From contig JAYZFK010000093.1 in NCBI GenBank assembly GCA_036336835.1, forward strand, positions 1-64,000: a DNA stretch of 64,000 nucleotides, written 5' to 3'. Origin of the DNA: Myxococcota bacterium. GTDB lineage: Bacteria > Myxococcota_A > UBA9160 > UBA4427. The notes beneath the pieces were generated by a model that saw only the letters and a program-made list of their open reading frames with translations, made no database searches and was not told the origin of the DNA. Made by a program: the position numbers and the translations under genes. Position 1 is the first letter of the stretch; every line of letters begins with the position of its first letter. Below, in pieces: positions 1 to 9,508 of the stretch.

Positions 1-396
1 GCAACGGAGCTCGCTGTGGTCGGCCTGCCGGGCATGACCAACTTTTTCTCCCCGATCTCGGCCGGCACGACGATCGACAACGGGGCTGGCCTGGTCACCC
101 TGTTCGACGAGGCAACCCTCGCGACGGGTCTGGTCGGTGGAAATGTTCGCACGCTGGGCTCGGTCACGTTCCAGGTCGTGAATGGGCCCGATGTCGCCAT
201 GGACTCCGGCGTGATTGCCAGCGTGCAGAACCCGGGCATCGATTCATTGAGCCTGGGGACTACCGTGTACTGCCTAGCTACAAACCCCACCGGCTGCGAC
301 TTCGTTGGCGCATCGGTGACGCCCGAGCCCGCTGCAGCGGTGCTGGGCGCGGTGGCCCTGGCGACTCTCCTGGGACTGAAGCGCCGCCGCCGCTAG
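1..396 (+). CDS. PEP-CTERM sorting-domain surface protein (5'-truncated by window edge)
   Basis: Frame is open from base 1; C-terminus VTPEPAAAVLGAVALATLLGLKRRRR is a PEP motif, TM helix and basic tail. Confidence 0.85.
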   Translation, partial: ATELAVVGLPGMTNFFSPISAGTTIDNGAGLVTLFDEATLATGLVGGNVRTLGSVTFQVVNGPDVAMDSGVIASVQNPGIDSLSLGTTVYCLATNPTGCDFVGASVTPEPAAAVLGAVALATLLGLKRRRR

Positions 397-454
397 CTGC
401 CGCGAACCATTCGGACCCTCGAAGCCCCGCCTCGCGTGGGACGACCAGGCGAGC

Positions 455-1009
455 TCAGCCCTCGAAGCGGGGGAGCCGGTCGCTCAGTGCTTCGAGCGGG
501 GGAGCGTCGGCATCGCGCGACCCCAGCAGCGGCTGCTCGATGGGCCACGCGATGCCGATGGCCGGATCGTTCCAGGCGATGACGATCTCGCCTTCGGGGT
601 GGTAGAAGTCCGTGCACTTGTACTCGAACTCGGCGACTTCGCTGGTGACGCAGAAGCCGTGTGCGAAGCCGGGCGGGATCCACAGCTGCAGGAAGTTGCC
701 AGCCGAGAGCCGCTCGCCCACCCAGCGCCCGAAGGTCGGCGAGCCGAGCCGGATGTCGACCGCGGCATCGAAGACCTCGCCCTCGACCACCCGCACGAGC
801 TTGCCCTGGGGATGGGCGAGCTGGGCGTGGAGCCCGCGCAGGGTGCCGCGGGTCGAGCGAGAGTGGTTGTCCTGCACGAACTCGGCGTCGATTCCGCCCG
901 CTGCGTACTTGCGCTGGTGGTAGGTCTCCAGGAAGAAGCCGCGATCGTCGCGGTGCACGTCCGGCTCGATCAGCACGACATCGGGGATCTCGAGCCTGGT
1001 GAAGTTCAT
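455..1009 (-). CDS. rfbC: dTDP-4-dehydrorhamnose 3,5-epimerase
   Basis: D-x-[25 protein letters not shown] and GFAHGF motifs; ATG at 1009 overlaps the rfbA stop (ATGA). Confidence 0.95.
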   Translation of the reverse strand: MNFTRLEIPDVVLIEPDVHRDDRGFFLETYHQRKYAAGGIDAEFVQDNHSRSTRGTLRGLHAQLAHPQGKLVRVVEGEVFDAAVDIRLGSPTFGRWVGERLSAGNFLQLWIPPGFAHGFCVTSEVAEFEYKCTDFYHPEGEIVIAWNDPAIGIAWPIEQPLLGSRDADAPPLEALSDRLPRFEG

Positions 1010-1896
1010 GCGCGCCCGCCGGTGCCGTGGGCATCTCGGATCATGCCCAGCAGGTATTCGCCGTAGCTGTTCTTGCGCATGCCGTGGGCGAGCCGCTCTA
1101 CGGTGGAAGCCGACAGGTAGCCCTTGCGATACGCGATCTCCTCGAGGCACGCGACCTTGAGGCCCTGCCGCTCCTGGATCGTCTGGATGAAGTTTGCGGC
1201 CTGTAGCAGCGACTCGTGCGTTCCGGTGTCGAGCCAGGCAATGCCGCGCCCGAGCAGCTCGACGTGCAGGTCGCCGCGCCGCAGGTACTCGACGTTCACG
1301 TCCGTGATCTCGAGCTCGCCGCGGCCCGACGGGGTGATCGATTTCGCCACGTCGACCACGCTCGCGTCGTAGAAGTAGAGCCCCGTAACGGCGTAGTTGG
1401 AGCGCGGTTCCTCGGGCTTCTCCTCGATGCCGACCACTCGACCGTCCGCGTCGAAATCGACGACGCCGTAGCGCTCCGGATCGCTGACCCAGTAGCCGAA
1501 CACGGTCGCGCCGTCGGTCCGCTCGGCCGCCCGTTCGAGCGACTCGGTGAAGCCGTGGCCGTAGAAGATGTTGTCGCCGAGCGCGAGTGCGCAGTCGCCG
1601 TCGCCGATGAACGACTCGGCGATCAGGAAGGCCTGGGCGATGCCCTTCGGTTCGGGCTGCACGGCGTACTGCAGCGCGAGACCGAACTCGGCACCGTCGC
1701 CGAGCATGAGCTCGAAGTACGGCCGATCGTGCGGCGTGGTAATCACCAGGATCTCGCGCATCCCGGCCAACATCAGGGTCGACAGCGGGTAGTAGATCAT
1801 GGGCTTGTCGTAGATCGGGAGCAGCTGTTTGCTGATGCCCCGTGTGATCGGGTACAGCCGGGTTCCCGAACCGCCTGCGAGGACGATTCCCTTCAT
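1006..1896 (-). CDS. rfbA: glucose-1-phosphate thymidylyltransferase
   Basis: [34 protein letters not shown] and WLDTGT motifs. Confidence 0.97.
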   Translation of the reverse strand: MKGIVLAGGSGTRLYPITRGISKQLLPIYDKPMIYYPLSTLMLAGMREILVITTPHDRPYFELMLGDGAEFGLALQYAVQPEPKGIAQAFLIAESFIGDGDCALALGDNIFYGHGFTESLERAAERTDGATVFGYWVSDPERYGVVDFDADGRVVGIEEKPEEPRSNYAVTGLYFYDASVVDVAKSITPSGRGELEITDVNVEYLRRGDLHVELLGRGIAWLDTGTHESLLQAANFIQTIQERQGLKVACLEEIAYRKGYLSASTVERLAHGMRKNSYGEYLLGMIRDAHGTGGRA

Positions 1897-1906
1897 CGAG
1901 AGACTC

Positions 1907-3109
1907 CTAGGGCAGAAACGCGCCGGTGTTGCGCAGCTTGTTCGGTAGATACTCGTCGATCACGTAGTTGAGCCCCCACTTGGCCAGTGCCTGCTGCTCC
2001 GCACGAACGCCCATCTTCAGCAGCTGCTCGATGGCCTTCCGCCACGGCAGGTGCGTCTTGAAGAAGGGATCGTTCTTGAGAGCGTCCTTGGCGCGCTTGA
2101 TGTCGACGTCCTGCAGCGGGTGCGTCGGCAGCTCGTAATCGACGATGTCCTGCGGCGTCACGCCGAGGAAGCGCGCCTGCGGGACGCAGAAGAACTGCGA
2201 CAGGTGAGCGGCATTGCCCGATCCAACCTTGAGCGTCCGGTAGATGTTCGAGATGCCGTAGGGGTCGCAGTCGACGAAGGCGTAGACGGGAATCTTGCAT
2301 TCGTCCGACAGCTTGCGAATGAACCGCCGAGTCGCCCGCGTCGGAACACCGGCCATCGAGACCAGGATGCAGTTCGCGGTCTGCCAGAACTTGTGACTCT
2401 GCAGCCGCTGAAAGATTCCGCCGGTTTCGATGGCGAGAATGAACTTGGCCCGCGTCTCGAATGACAGCTGTTCGACGGAGCTCGGGATCGAATAGGCGCC
2501 CGAGCCGAAGCGCGTGCAGTCGATCCGCTCCACGTCGCCGGTCTCGATGTCCGGGTCGAGCACGATCAGCCGGCCGGCCACAGCACCGCCGTGCTCGTCT
2601 GGCACGAAACGCAGCTCTTCGCGTGAGAGGCCCGACATCGAGAACATGGCCTCGATGTCGTCCATCACGGTATCCGACTCGGTCTGCTCGTCGAACTTTG
2701 CCTCCTCCCAGTTCTTGCTCTGATAGTAGGCGTCGCGCTTGGTCGCGAAATCGTTGGTTTCGACGAGCTCCTTCGAGAGGCCCATCATCCGCAGTGTCTG
2801 TGCAAAGCTCTTGACGGTGTTGACGGTGAGCGTTCGCACCTTCTTCTGCTTCCCAATCTCGAAATAGCCCTTCTTCGGCGAGTAGCTGACATTGCCGAGC
2901 GAGCGCACCGGGAACAGCAGGTCGGGCTTCTTCTTCTTGACGATCTCCTTGTGTACGCCCTCGGCAGCGCGAGAGATCAGTTCGACGGTCTTGGTGTCGC
3001 GCTTGCGCTTCGCCCCGCTCGTCGCTCGCTTGCGGCGCGGCTGCTTGCGCGCGGTCTTCTTGCGCGCGGGCGCCTTCTTCCTCGCAGCAGTCTTCTTGCG
3101 TGCGGCCAT
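1907..3109 (-). CDS. top6A: DNA topoisomerase VI subunit A (Spo11 family)
   Basis: TKRDAYY catalytic-Tyr region, TOPRIM acidic residues (AIET, DCDPYG), AEQQAL; GGGGGGAG SD-like run upstream. Confidence 0.93.
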   Translation of the reverse strand: MAARKKTAARKKAPARKKTARKQPRRKRATSGAKRKRDTKTVELISRAAEGVHKEIVKKKKPDLLFPVRSLGNVSYSPKKGYFEIGKQKKVRTLTVNTVKSFAQTLRMMGLSKELVETNDFATKRDAYYQSKNWEEAKFDEQTESDTVMDDIEAMFSMSGLSREELRFVPDEHGGAVAGRLIVLDPDIETGDVERIDCTRFGSGAYSIPSSVEQLSFETRAKFILAIETGGIFQRLQSHKFWQTANCILVSMAGVPTRATRRFIRKLSDECKIPVYAFVDCDPYGISNIYRTLKVGSGNAAHLSQFFCVPQARFLGVTPQDIVDYELPTHPLQDVDIKRAKDALKNDPFFKTHLPWRKAIEQLLKMGVRAEQQALAKWGLNYVIDEYLPNKLRNTGAFLP

Positions 3110-3121
3110 GCTCCCCCCCGC

Positions 3122-4891
3122 TCACAGCTTCCGGCTGCGCTCGAGCACGTCGGTGAGGCGGTGGATGACGCGACCGCGCTCACGTTCGTCGAAGCCGAGG
3201 ATCTCCTGCAGCCCGATTGCGACCTGGGGAATGTACTTCTCGATGTAGGCGCGCTTCTTGAGCTCGTCGGCCTGGCGGCGTCGCTTGCGAACGTGCGTGG
3301 CCATGCGGCGCCCGCAATCCTGGAGCCCGAGCCGGATCTCCTTGATGATTTCGGGATAGTTTGCGATCGCCTCCTTGCTCTCGGAGGTGAACGGAACCCA
3401 GACGCTCGCGATGTGCACGAGGAGCAGCACCGGTCCCACCGGCAGGGCCCCGCGCGGCTGCTGCAGTCTGTACGACCTCCAGTCGGTGCTCGTCACCGCT
3501 CTGGTGATGGCGCACGCACCCTGTTGGTACTGCAACGGGACGCGATTCGCGTAGCGATACAGCGAGATCGTGTCGTCGGCGGCCATCTCGCCGCCGTAGG
3601 CGAGCCCGACCTCGATCAGAAACGGATTGCCGCGGTAGACCGTGGGCCGGCGCGTCACGGTCGCGAAAAAATCGGCAGTGACCTCGGACTTGAGCGCGCG
3701 CAGCAGCAGATCCTCGCCGATCGGCGCAATGCAGCTCGTCGGCGGGCTCATCAGCTTCGTCTTCTGGATCGTCTTGTGGACCCGCTCCGCCTCATCGCGC
3801 GTCGTCTCGGAGGGGCGTCGCGTCGGGGGCACACCGGCGCGTTGGCATATGTCGGCCGCCACCCTGGCAGACACGCGCGCGAAATCCCCCTGCAGACAGG
3901 TCTTCAGGTTGCGCGCCCGGGTGTCGCGGAACATCTGCATCAACACCCCGAGCTCGACGCCGTAGGGGTGCGGCTTGATCTCGGCCGTTTCGGCGGGAAG
4001 CTCCTTCGTCACGCGTGCGTAGGTCTTGGCCGCCGCCGGTGGTGTCGTATCCGGCTTGGCGCCGTTCTTCGCTGGCGCAACCGGCGGGTGGTAGTGGAGC
4101 GTGGCGTGCGGATTGGCGAGCGAGATCTGGCGGATGTAGGCGTCGACCGAGTGCTGCCCACCCCGGTAGCCGCCCTCGAGCTCGATCTCGACCCGCGTGC
4201 CGTGATCCTTCTTCCAGCTGACGACCCGGTCGGACTTGACACGCGGCTCGTTCTTCTTGGTATCGATTACCAGCTCGAAGCGGTGCGCTTCCCGGTTCTT
4301 GCCGGTGCGCGTCCGGATCTTCAGCGGCCTGCCCGTCGTCAGCAGCCCGTACATCCCGGCCGCGCTGATGCCGATGCCCTGTTGCCCGCGGCTCTGGCGC
4401 AGACGGTGGAACTTCGAGCCGTAGAGCAGCCGGCCGAAGATCTTCGGCACCTGGCTGCGCACGATACCGGGTCCGTTGTCCTCGACTGCAACTCGGAAAC
4501 GTGTTTCGTCGAGCTGAGTGATCTCGATGTGGATCTCGGGAACGATGCCGGCCTCCTCGCAGGCATCGAGCGAGTTGTCCACACCCTCCTTGATCGTCGT
4601 CAGCAGGGCCTTCGAGGGATTGTCGAAGCCGAGCAGGTGGCGATTCTTGGCAAAGAACTCGGAGACCGAGATGTCGCGCTGCTTGCGCGCCATCTCCACA
4701 GCCGAGGTCGTGCTCCTCGTCCGGGCGGCGGCTGGCTTGCGGCGAGTCGGCTTCGCACCGGCCCGCTTCGCGGGCGTCGCCTTCGCGCGGGCGGGCTTCT
4801 TCGCGACCCGCTTCCGGGCGCCGCGCGCCGGTGTGGCGCGGCGCCTGGCACCGCTCTTCGCGGCGCCACGTCTTGCAGCCTTCCTGGGCAT
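3122..4891 (-). CDS. top6B: DNA topoisomerase VI subunit B (GHKL ATPase)
   Basis: ISVSEFFAKNRHLLGF, KEGVDNSLDACE (N box), EDNGPGI, SRGQQGIGIS, ANRVPL, VPFTSESKE; start placed at ATG 4891 after GAGGGTGG. Confidence 0.94.
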   Translation of the reverse strand: MPRKAARRGAAKSGARRRATPARGARKRVAKKPARAKATPAKRAGAKPTRRKPAAARTRSTTSAVEMARKQRDISVSEFFAKNRHLLGFDNPSKALLTTIKEGVDNSLDACEEAGIVPEIHIEITQLDETRFRVAVEDNGPGIVRSQVPKIFGRLLYGSKFHRLRQSRGQQGIGISAAGMYGLLTTGRPLKIRTRTGKNREAHRFELVIDTKKNEPRVKSDRVVSWKKDHGTRVEIELEGGYRGGQHSVDAYIRQISLANPHATLHYHPPVAPAKNGAKPDTTPPAAAKTYARVTKELPAETAEIKPHPYGVELGVLMQMFRDTRARNLKTCLQGDFARVSARVAADICQRAGVPPTRRPSETTRDEAERVHKTIQKTKLMSPPTSCIAPIGEDLLLRALKSEVTADFFATVTRRPTVYRGNPFLIEVGLAYGGEMAADDTISLYRYANRVPLQYQQGACAITRAVTSTDWRSYRLQQPRGALPVGPVLLLVHIASVWVPFTSESKEAIANYPEIIKEIRLGLQDCGRRMATHVRKRRRQADELKKRAYIEKYIPQVAIGLQEILGFDERERGRVIHRLTDVLERSRKL

Positions 4892-4964
4892 CGAAATTCC
4901 ACCCTCGCCGTCGAACGCCGGGATGGTTCCTGGCTCCGAGGGCGCGGTCAAGCCAGCGGGTGGA

Positions 4965-5153
4965 TCACGCTTCCTCGATCGGGTCGTCGCGGAAGGTCCC
5001 GATCAGGCGCGCGTGGCCCGAGCGCAGCATGGACAGCACGGTCGCGACGATCTCTCGCTCGTCGCTCGTGACGGCGGCGACCGCCTGCACGAGCTCGAGC
5101 AGAGTCACGTCGCCGCCGGCAACCGGCTCCGGTCGGGTCGCCGGGACTCCCAT
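4965..5153 (-). CDS. small hypothetical protein (62 aa)
   Basis: AGGAGG SD before ATG; amphipathic helical pattern TLLELVQAVAAVTSDEREIVATVLSMLRSG; fills the gap between comM and top6B. Confidence 0.7.
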   Translation of the reverse strand: MGVPATRPEPVAGGDVTLLELVQAVAAVTSDEREIVATVLSMLRSGHARLIGTFRDDPIEEA

Positions 5154-5301
5154 GTTTGCGCGCCTCCTGCTGCAGAGAGCGGTGTGTCGGCCCCCGACCT
5201 TTAGGGGGACCGCACCCGTCGATGATCGATGCCGCGGTAGCTGGCTCCCGGGGAGCCTCGCGGGGGGGGTTCGTCACTCGCGTCGTCCCGGCGGGGTGTT
5301 C

Positions 5302-6807
5302 TCAGACATCCGTCGCGTCGCTGCGGTACGACAGCGCCTCCGCCATCGAGTGCGCCTCGACGCGCGGTTCGCCCGCCAGGTCGGCGCAGGTTCGGGCGAC
5401 GCGCAGCGCGCGCCTCGCCCCGCGTGCCGACAAGCCGAGACGCTCGACCGCGCGTCCGAGCAGGCCACGAGCCTCGGGGCTTGCACTGATTTCGTGCTCG
5501 AGATCTCGGTCCCGGATCTCGGCGTTGCACGAGACGCCACGGCCCGTTGCCGCCCGCCGCGTCTGACCGATCTGCTGCCGGAGCTCGGCGCTCGTCGGGC
5601 CCGCGCTGCCGGCCGCGAGATCCGCCCACGCCACCGGCTGCAGCGTTACCTGGAGATCGATCCGGTCGAGCAACGGGCCCGACAGCCGGCGCCGGTAGCG
5701 CGCGAGCGCCGCCTCGTCGCAGCGGCAGTCGCGGACCCCGCTGCGATGCCAGCCGCAGGGGCAGGGGTTGCAGGCGCCCACCAGCTGGAAGCGGGCCGGG
5801 AAGACGCAGCTGTAGGCCGCCCGCGAGAGGCGGATCCTCCGCTCCTCGGTGACTTCGCGCAGCGCCTCGAGCACGCGGCGATCGAACTCGGGCAGCTCGT
5901 CGAGGAACAGCACGCCACAGTGGGCGAGCGAGACCTCTCCGGGCCGCGGAGGTGTCCCGCCACCGAGCAGGCCGGCCGCGCTGGCCGTGTGGTGAGGGGC
6001 GCGGAACGGACGGCTCGTCACTACTGGCGAATCGGGCTCGAGTAGCCCCGCGGCGCCGTGGATACGGGTTGCCTCGAGGGCCTCGTCGAAGTCGAGGCCC
6101 GGCAGCAGCCCGGGCAGCCGCCGCGCCAGCATCGTCTTGCCCGAGCCGGGCGGTCCGGACATCAGCAAGCCGTGGCCGCCCGCTGCGGCGACGGTCAGGG
6201 CGCGCTTCGCCGTCGCCTGGCCGCGAACGTCCGACAGGCAGGGCCCCGTCTGCTCGCCCAGCGCGTCGAACGCCGGCGCACTCGCGATCGGGAGACGCTC
6301 GACGTCGAGCAGGTGCGCCAGGACCGAGCCGAGGTCCTCGGCCGGATGGATTGCGATCCCGGGTGCGAGCGCGGCCTGTGCCGCGCACTCCCGCGGCAGC
6401 ACCATCTCGCGCGCGCCGGCCGAGCGGGCGGCCAGCGACAGTGCCAGTGCGCCCCGGATCGGGCGCAGCCGCCCGTCGAGCGCGAGCTCGCCGGCGAACG
6501 CGACACCCGCCAGGGGCCCGGGCTCGATGGCGGAGCTCGCGGCGAGAATGCCCACCGCGATGGGCAGATCGAGGCCGGAGCCCGCCTTGCGCAGCCCCGC
6601 GGGAGCGAGGCTCACCGTGGTGCGGCGGTCCGGGAAGCGGTGCCCGGTCGAGGCAATGGCGGCCCGTACACGCGCTGCGCTCTCGCGTACGGCCTTCTCG
6701 GGCAGCCCGACGATGTCGATGCGCGGAAGCTGGGAGCTGAGACGCACCTCGACCTCGACGGCGAAGCCATCGACACCGAGCAGGGTCGCACTGAGCACGC
6801 TGGACAC
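5302..6807 (-). CDS. comM: YifB/ComM family Mg-chelatase-like AAA+ ATPase
   Basis: IVGLP..AVRES, GLDLPIA, GELALDG, GPPGSGKT, PFRAPHH, LFLDELPEF, NPCPCG and SGPLLDRID motifs. Confidence 0.95.
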   Translation of the reverse strand: MSSVLSATLLGVDGFAVEVEVRLSSQLPRIDIVGLPEKAVRESAARVRAAIASTGHRFPDRRTTVSLAPAGLRKAGSGLDLPIAVGILAASSAIEPGPLAGVAFAGELALDGRLRPIRGALALSLAARSAGAREMVLPRECAAQAALAPGIAIHPAEDLGSVLAHLLDVERLPIASAPAFDALGEQTGPCLSDVRGQATAKRALTVAAAGGHGLLMSGPPGSGKTMLARRLPGLLPGLDFDEALEATRIHGAAGLLEPDSPVVTSRPFRAPHHTASAAGLLGGGTPPRPGEVSLAHCGVLFLDELPEFDRRVLEALREVTEERRIRLSRAAYSCVFPARFQLVGACNPCPCGWHRSGVRDCRCDEAALARYRRRLSGPLLDRIDLQVTLQPVAWADLAAGSAGPTSAELRQQIGQTRRAATGRGVSCNAEIRDRDLEHEISASPEARGLLGRAVERLGLSARGARRALRVARTCADLAGEPRVEAHSMAEALSYRSDATDV

Positions 6808-6859
6808 GAATCCCAGGCCTTCTCGGGACCGGGGAGTGTGGGGCGAGGAGGGGGGCCGG

Positions 6860-6900
6860 ACGAACGAAGGCAGGGCCCCCAGAGAAAGAGCCCTGCCTTC
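6860..6900 (-). terminator. GC-rich hairpin, possible intrinsic terminator
   Basis: 11-bp inverted repeat GAAGGCAGGGC (6866-6876) / GCCCTGCCTTC (6890-6900); followed by only a weak GTTCGT tail on the minus strand. Confidence 0.4.
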
Positions 6901-7064
6901 TGCTCCTGATAAAGCCCCTCGAGGAAGGGACTCCGTACAGCAGAAAGTGGTCCAAGCGTGCGGAATGTGTCAGAACCTGGCCTCACAGGGCGAAGAAATC
7001 TGCGCGCGCATGCGCACGCAGGTGTCCAGAGGGCCAGAGGGGCCTCCCGCGGGGGATCCGGGCG

Positions 7065-8201
7065 TTGCGATGGTTCGAGCGGAGCTGGTCGAAGGATGGA
7101 TTGCTGGCGATGGTTCTCGCTGGTGTCGCCTGTGCGCCCGGCCCGGCGCCCGACTCCGAGCAGGCAGAGATGCGCCAGGGCTCCGGGACCCGAAGTGCGG
7201 TTCGGTCGCGTCCGGTACCCCCGATCCCGGTGGCGCCAAGTGATTTCTCGGCCGAGCGAGCCTGGGCAAACCTCGAGTCGATCGTGGCGCTCGGGCCGCG
7301 CCCTGCGGATGGCCCTGCTGCCGCCGCTGCCCGGATTTATCTGACAAATCGCCTGGTCGCCTCGGGGCTGCAGATCGAAGAGATCGAGCTCGATCTGGAG
7401 CCGCCCGCGGGCTCGGACCGCCGCCGCCGCGTCGCGTCGCTGCTCGCCCGGCTCGATGGTCGCTCCAAGGACTGGCTGCTGGTTGCCGCCCCCTATACGA
7501 GCCCCGAGCGCGAGGGTGCGGCCCTGCCCGGTGCGAACGAGGGGGGATCGGGCGCGGCCATCATTCTGGAACTGGCGCGCGCGCTCGCCGAGGGCGATCG
7601 TGCCTACAGCTACCTGTTCGCCTTCGTCGCGGGCGACGGTGTGGACAACGACCCCGTCGCGGGCAGCCGCGAGCTTGCACGGGAGCTCGTCCGCCGCGGA
7701 CTGCTCGAGAGTGCCCGCGCCGGGCTGTTCCTGGATCGCGTGGGTGACGCCGAGCTGCTCCTTGCGCGCGATCTCCACTCGAGCGGGCCGTATCGGGCGA
7801 TCGTCTGGCAGAGCGCTCGCGACCAGGGCTACGCCAGCGTGTTCGCAACGGACGGGTTCGACGCGCCGGAGGGCGGGCATCGTGCGTTGAGCGAGGCGGG
7901 GTTTCGCCAGATCGTCGCGTTGATCGATTCGGGCCACGATCGCGACACTCTGTCGGGCTGGCGTGCGCGCCGGCAGGTCGATGACCTGGCACACTGCGCG
8001 CCCGAGAGTCTGGGAATCGTCGGCACGGTTGCACTCGACGCGCTACGCACGATCGAGACGCGGCTCGAGCAGATCGATCGTTATTCGTCTGCGCCCGCGG
8101 ACGCGGCGGTCTCGAGCGAAAACGATCTCGAGCCTGCCTCCAGCGGCGCGCCTGGTGTCGGGCTCGCACCCGCGTCGGCCGGTACTGGAGGGTCGCAGTG
8201 A
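7065..8201 (+). CDS. M28 peptidase-fold lipoprotein with degenerate metal ligands
   Basis: Lipobox-like LAGVAC; FSAERAW..L..IVALGPRP, LVAAPYTS and PGANEGGSGAAIILELAR align with the M28/glutaminyl-cyclase fold. Confidence 0.75.
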   Translation: MRWFERSWSKDGLLAMVLAGVACAPGPAPDSEQAEMRQGSGTRSAVRSRPVPPIPVAPSDFSAERAWANLESIVALGPRPADGPAAAAARIYLTNRLVASGLQIEEIELDLEPPAGSDRRRRVASLLARLDGRSKDWLLVAAPYTSPEREGAALPGANEGGSGAAIILELARALAEGDRAYSYLFAFVAGDGVDNDPVAGSRELARELVRRGLLESARAGLFLDRVGDAELLLARDLHSSGPYRAIVWQSARDQGYASVFATDGFDAPEGGHRALSEAGFRQIVALIDSGHDRDTLSGWRARRQVDDLAHCAPESLGIVGTVALDALRTIETRLEQIDRYSSAPADAAVSSENDLEPASSGAPGVGLAPASAGTGGSQ

Positions 8202-9505
8202 CGTTGCCGGGGCGCGGGTTCGATCGGTGCCGTGGCAGGCGTCGCGGCCGAACGATCCGGTCGCTGTGGCTGCTGGCTGCGAGCGCGACCTCGCTCGCGG
8301 CGGCTTCGCCCGAGCTCGGCTCGGTCGAGGTTCGCATCGACTCTCCGGCGCCGGGTACGACCGTCCAGAGTGACGTCCACCTGGCCCCGGTTCGCGGACA
8401 TGCGCGCGCCGGCGACGACGGGTGGCGCGTCTTCGACGTCATGCTGGTGCTCGATGTCTCCTACTCGACCCGCAACCCGAGTGGCATCGACGTCGACGAG
8501 GACGGCGAGATCGGCTTCGATCCAGCCAACGAGCTCGTGGCACCGGGGACTTATCCCGAGGGCCTGGTCTGCTCTGATCCCGACGACACGATCCTGGCCG
8601 CGGAGGTCCATGCAGCGCGGCAGTTGCTCCTCGAGCTCGATCCAGAGCACACCCGAGTGGGGGTGATCGCGTTCTCCGGCGAGTCGGATCCCAAAACGGG
8701 TCGGCGTCTGCGGCACGATCAACGCGACGCCTGGGTCGAGGCGGCGCTGACCGACGACTTCGCGGTCGTGGGGGAAGCGCTCGACCGGATCCTCGCGGCG
8801 GGGCCGCAGTACGCCACCAACTTTGCGGCCGCGATTCGCTTGTCGGTGACCGAGCTGATCGGGCTCTCCGGCGCGCGCAGCGTTGCGCGCCCCGATGCCA
8901 AGCACGTCGTGCTCTTCCTGACCGACGGCGAGCCGAGCTTTCCGTACGGCCGCGCCAGCATCTCGGATCCCGAGGACACCGAGGCAGCGATCAGCGCAGC
9001 GCGGCTTGCGCACAAGGCGGGTGTCATGATCAACACCTACGCCCTCGGCAAACAGGCGCTTTCCAAGCCGGTGGCGGCGACGGAGATGGCCCGGCTGACA
9101 GTCGGTCTCTACACGCCCGTGCGCAATCCGGGCGACATCGTCCACTTCCTGCAGGGAATCTCGTTCGCCAACGTCGACGACGTGGTGATCACGAACCTGA
9201 CCTTGCGTGAGGTCTCCTACGACGTCTCGCTCGCTCCCGACGGCAGCTTCTCCGGTTTCGTGCCGGCACGGCCGGGATCGAACGAGATCCAGGTGACGGC
9301 CCTGGCGAGTGATGGAAGCGAGGCGAGTGTGCGCCTCGAGTTCGAGTTCGAGGAGGCCGGGCTCAGCGAGCGCGAGCTCGCGCGTGAGCTCGAACGCATC
9401 AAGAAGCGCAACAAGGCGCTGCTGCGCATCCTCGAGCGCGATCGCATCCAGCGCTTCCGCGATCGGCATCGCGAGGTCGTGATCGACGCGGCCGAGGAAA
9501 GTTGA
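8198..9505 (+). CDS. secreted von Willebrand factor A domain protein
   Basis: Signal-like N-terminus; MIDAS elements LVLDVSYS, TNF and FLTDG; GTGA overlap with the upstream stop. Confidence 0.85.
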   Translation: MTLPGRGFDRCRGRRRGRTIRSLWLLAASATSLAAASPELGSVEVRIDSPAPGTTVQSDVHLAPVRGHARAGDDGWRVFDVMLVLDVSYSTRNPSGIDVDEDGEIGFDPANELVAPGTYPEGLVCSDPDDTILAAEVHAARQLLLELDPEHTRVGVIAFSGESDPKTGRRLRHDQRDAWVEAALTDDFAVVGEALDRILAAGPQYATNFAAAIRLSVTELIGLSGARSVARPDAKHVVLFLTDGEPSFPYGRASISDPEDTEAAISAARLAHKAGVMINTYALGKQALSKPVAATEMARLTVGLYTPVRNPGDIVHFLQGISFANVDDVVITNLTLREVSYDVSLAPDGSFSGFVPARPGSNEIQVTALASDGSEASVRLEFEFEEAGLSERELARELERIKKRNKALLRILERDRIQRFRDRHREVVIDAAEES

Positions 9506-9508
9506 CCC

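Noticed and set aside
2951..5071. Long opposite-strand or off-frame ORFs (also 18772-21219, 26919-29072, 29075-31099, 32332-34689, 47635-49647)
   Set aside because: Arg/Ala/Pro-rich shadow ORFs typical of high-GC DNA, overlapping genes with clear motifs and showing none of their own
5201..5225. Possible sigma-28-like promoter (CTAAAG on the minus strand) upstream of the 62-aa ORF
   Set aside because: The matching -10 element is too weak to support a call
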